This document shows, piece by piece, positions 59,901 through 64,000 of a stretch of 64,000 nt of DNA; within the stretch, counting starts at the first letter, position 1, and every line of letters begins with the position of its first letter. A program made the position numbers and the translations under genes. The notes below the pieces were generated by a model. The model saw only the letters and a list, made by a program, of their open reading frames with translations. It was not told the origin of the DNA and made no database searches. The DNA comes from Thalia democratica (lineage: Eukaryota), in contig OZ241832.1 in the NCBI GenBank assembly GCA_965202585.1, positions 4,712,001 to 4,776,000 on the forward strand, given 5' to 3'.

Positions 59901-62380
59901 AAAAATACAAAGTTTTTAATTTTTCGGCAAAAACTTCAACATTTATTAACAGAAAAAACTACCATGCTGAAAGCTTCAAATTTGTTCACAAACTGGATAA
60001 AAATTATAAAAAAAGATTACAACACACAATAGTACAACAAATACACTTTTGAAATACTTATCAAAATTTTATTTTAGAAGCTACAGGTTGAAAAAAAATT
60101 AAGCTTGTAAACTTTTGACGCCTTGTAATATTATCAATAGTCAAGCACCTGAAATTACAAATAACAAGTTGACAGTAAATAACATTATGTTAGTATGACG
60201 GCATATTCAGCTATTTTTTGAAATCCTCAACTCTTTTAATTTAAATTATACTGTATAACATCTTACTGTTATTTAACAAGTTTTATACAAATAATAACAA
60301 AGTTTATAATAAATAACAATTTAAAGACCCATTATAGCCTTAAATGGTTAAAAAAATTAAACATAGACTATAAATTAAATAAATAGTAACTATAAATTTA
60401 GAAACTTATTTTCAATGGTTACAAATTACAAATAAATTTAGATTCATATTCTCACTTACTACCTCATAAAACTGTCAATATAAACATGAATAAAAAGTAA
60501 TATGACGTCATAACAAACCTTGAGCGGTTTTCTGCGAAGAACAAAGAAGTTTTCAGCGCGCATCATCATAAACCTCATGAACTTCTGGCACAAGATTTCC
60601 TCAATTTCGTCAGCCTAAAAAAGAACATTTATTAAAAATCATTTTTAATAAAAATTAAAATAAATTTGATCAATTTCTGCATTTCAATCTCTTGAGCTTG
60701 TTTATGATAAAAAAATATACAAAATAATATCAACTAAAAATTGCCTTTAGTGATAATATTAAATAAAACAAAATATTTATTAAGATAAATTAAATCTCAT
60801 TAATTTTATCAGCCAGTTGTAACAGTATTTATTCAAGATATTTTATTATGCATGAACTTTATTTTATAGTAATATTCAAAAAATGAAAATAAGTCTTATT
60901 GATATTACTAGCATGTATTGTAAAAGTTAATTGTTAAGTTTAAAAAATTTGCCTTAACTTTACCAAATTAAAAAAAAGTATGACAGAACTTTTTTTGCTT
61001 GACTTTACATTTTTAAACTGAAAACATCATAGTTAAAAGAGATTAAATAGGAGTTCACTACAGGCAAATTATGGCAAGTACAAACTAAAGCAGCTAATCA
61101 ATACATAAAAAATGAATCTTCACTCAATATTTTAGAGCAAATTTTTAATTACTTTTAGTCTTATCTTTACAAATTGATAAACAATTTATTGTTTAGATTT
61201 TTCAAACTTTCAAGTAAAAAAAAAAAAAAATCAAAAAAAAACTTAAGTATAATATATATATTTGTTTATAAGCTTTAGTTTTTTATAGAGTTTTAAATAG
61301 TAAATAAGATTTTTTTGAGATTATTTTTTATAAGATATTGTTTATATGTTTTTAAAATTTGTTTACACCACACAAGGATTCTCAAGCTAAAAGTAGGGTT
61401 GCCACTTTTTGAGGCAAAAATGTCAGTCTGAAAGATAAAAAACAGCCTGAGTTTATGCTAAAAATAAAAAAAATAGTTGATATGAACTAAAAAATTACTA
61501 CCAATAAAAATTAAATATACCCATTAGTAACAAATTTTAAAGAGATAAAATGTTAAAAACCAATAATCCAGCCAGAGATTTATGAAAAACATCTAAACCA
61601 CTTTGTGTTAAAATAAAAGCCTTCAAAATCCTGAGTCTTAAGCTTTTAATACCAATGTCAGAGTTAAAAAACTTAAAACACCAAGTGGCATTAGTAATCA
61701 AAACAATTAAACTAGCCTGTTTAACAGCAATACTGATTCTGATTGAGTTGATGGATGGTTCAATCAAAACTTTTTCTTTCTCATTTCTGGCAATGCACAC
61801 AGGAGTTTGCAACAGTTCCTTTGATGTCTTCACTTCAACCTGTTTTAATAAGAATGTAATAAAAATGCTTAGTTTTTTAATATTATATTTATCAAAAAAT
61901 GTGTCTTTCTTATAATTTGAAAATTATCAAAAGAAAATTTGAGAAAACTCTAAAATAGTATTTAGAGCTGTGTAAACAAGACTGTAACAAAAATGTTGAA
62001 TTATTATAAAATGAGGATAACAATTTTCAATTTATTTTTAAAATTAATAACGCTAATAAATTTATTACTTAAACATAGTTAAATAAGCAAATATTTAGTA
62101 TTTCAAATAAAATCAAAGATAGCTTATATGAAAAAGAGTATAATAAGCTATTAGATTAGTCAATATAAAAATCGGAAAAGCATTCGTAAAGTATTAAAAC
62201 ATTTACCAAGTATAAAATTTTAATAACTTTAAAAAACTATTAACTACAACAACATAAAAAAAAAAAAATAACCTCAGGTTTGTTGTGACGTTCAACAATT
62301 TGAGAGTTGAAGTTTGAAAGGCACATGGCTCCATCTAATGTTGCTCTGACGGCATTCAGGTATGGCTTGAGTGTAGCAGA
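56986..62380 (-). CDS. ARPC4: Actin-related protein 2/3 complex subunit 4 (exons 62380-62273, 61839-61717, 60614-60519, 57801-57631, probable terminal F* exon 56991-56986; ATG exon not located)
   Basis: Translation [36 protein letters not shown]|[11 protein letters not shown]...[10 protein letters not shown]|[32 protein letters not shown]|[16 protein letters not shown]...[13 protein letters not shown]|F* is recognisably ARPC4 (p20-Arc). With a lone ATG exon it totals 168 aa. The terminal exon is the nearest polyT-AG|TTTTAA and is less certain. Confidence 0.93.
57308..57504. mobile_element. hAT-like MITE in ARPC4 last intron
   Basis: CAGGGTTGCCAA ... TTGGCAACTCTG with ATTAAA duplicated on both flanks. 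Confidence 0.75.
58509..59203. mobile_element. Kolobok-type MITE (GGCCATAG variant), ARPC4 intron
   Basis: TTAA|GGCCATAGGGGG ... CCCCCCTATGGCC|TTAA. The left half matches the family; the right subterminal region diverges. Confidence 0.8.
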
Positions 62381-63096
62381 CTGTTGAAAAAACAAAAAAA
62401 AAAGATTTAGTGTTGCCCTGGCAGCGTTTAAACAAGGTTTTAATGTGGCTCACTATTGAAAAGTGCAAGAAATTAATTAAGTTAAAAAATAAATTAGATT
62501 ATTGTTCATTTATCACAGCATTCAGGCTGAGTTTTGAGTAAAATATAATACTGTAAAAGTTTACTTGTAAAAGAAATACAATAAAAAAAGAAGTCAACAA
62601 ATCTAGTGTGGCCCTGACAATGTATGACTTAAAAATAAAAATGATGGCTTATACAGCATTTAAGTATGGTTTTTTGCAGTTGACTGCAATAGTAAAAAAA
62701 AAAATTAACAGATATGTATATAATCTAGTGTGCCCAGTTAAGACAGTAGATAACAAATAAAACACGTGAATGCAGACAAAGCTACTGAATTGTTAATTAT
62801 ACTAAAAAGAAATATAAATTACTCTAATAAGTTAGCATGTCAGTTTAACTTAGATTTAGTTTGAACTGTTTATTTTTTGACAAAACTAAAACATATATTT
62901 GCAAACTTGGGTGGTAAAACCTGCTAAAAATCAAGTAATAATTATGTTTGATAACTGTTTTATTTATAGAAAATTGATAATGTTAAAACCATAAACTTAA
63001 AGTCTTAATAAACTAAACACTGCTGTAAGCCAAATCAATTAAGTATCCAACTTATAAAAATAAACTTTAAAATAATCAAAACCAGATTAGTTTTAA

Positions 63097-63754
63097 GGGC
63101 ATAGGGGGTGGAGTAAAACACTTTTATCGAAATTTGATCTTATTTTACACAGTTTTTACTAAGCTACAAGATGCTTTATAGAGATTAAAACAATTTTTGA
63201 GATATAGCTAGTCAAAGTCAGAGGCAACAACAGAATCCTTATGGGAGGCGCAAACTAAAACAGCAATAATAGACTATTTCACTAATAATCTATCTTCTCC
63301 TATGTTTTTTGAGACAACTACCTCAACATTTTAGGAAGTGTTCCTTTATATATTTAGAAAATTCTGTCGGAAAGAATTTAAAAAAATTTAAAAATAAAAG
63401 TTTTATATAAAAAATAAATAAAAAAAAAGCAGTTTTTTTTGTTTTTTTTTGTGATAAAACTTTTATTTTATAATTTTTTCAAATTTTGTTCTGACATAAT
63501 TTTCTAAATATTGCAAGGAACATATCCTAAAATTTTGAGGTAGTTATCTCAAAAAACATAGGAGAAGATAGATTTTTAGCAATTAAAGTTATTTGCTCCC
63601 ATAAGAATCCTATTGCTGCCTCCAACTTTGACCGACTATATCTCAAAAAAATTATTTTGAATTTTTAAAATCTGTAAAAAGCATCTTGAGCTTAGTAAGG
63701 ACTATATAGAAAAAGATCAAACTTTGAAAAAAAGTGTTTTACCCCCTTATGCCC
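63097..63754. mobile_element. Kolobok-type MITE
   Basis: TTAA|GGGCATAGGGGG ... CCCCCTTATGCCC|TTAA; homologous to the 33680 copy. Confidence 0.8.
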
Positions 63755-64000
63755 TTAATTTACTATTTAGAACTTTATTTTAGAAACATTTGGTGGTAAA
63801 ACTATTATAATAAATTATTTATTAAGAAAAATTAGCTTAACTAGCCACATTAAAAACATTGTAAAATGCAATAAACCAATATGTTATTATGTTATTTAGT
63901 AATATTTTACGTACTTAAGCTTAAAAAAGTACAAGAATTTCACAAATGCAGTATAAGTTTTTGTTATTAAGTGATACCTGTAAGAATTGAAAAACTTAAT

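Noticed and set aside
60110-60155. Apparent mini-exon (TTCAG|GTGCTTGACT...) in ARPC4 intron 4
   Set aside because: It is not needed for the ARPC4 frame, has no recognisable homology and contains a stop in phase 0.
61537-61915. ORF-track entries 61537-61833 (-) and 61655-61915 (+)
   Set aside because: The first is ARPC4 exon 3 running on into the intron; the second is its antisense shadow.

Overview
Very AT-rich eukaryotic (animal-like) genomic DNA. The intron and transposon landscape is reminiscent of Hydra-type cnidarians, but the organism cannot be confirmed from sequence alone. Four spliced genes were assembled by hand: TOM22 (+, 3 exons seen, first exon not found), Ran GTPase (+, complete, 6 exons, 211 aa), a type II membrane C-type lectin (-, 3 exons, 249 aa) and ARPC4 (-, 4 clear exons plus a probable terminal exon; ATG exon not found). 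The 7.3-29.2 kb region is a modular repeat cluster. It holds three pseudogenised copies of an orphan tail-anchored coiled-coil gene, an ~8.7 kb imperfect palindrome, two recurring non-coding modules (X and Y), a Penelope-like remnant and MULE-like elements. Kolobok-type (TTAA) and hAT-like MITEs are scattered throughout. The most striking observation is that many exon edges of the three housekeeping genes have intronic 'echoes'. Acceptor plus exon-start copies are stacked upstream and exon-end plus donor copies downstream. They differ from the live exon mostly at synonymous positions, even though they cannot be spliced into a valid mRNA. All alignments and counts were made by eye.
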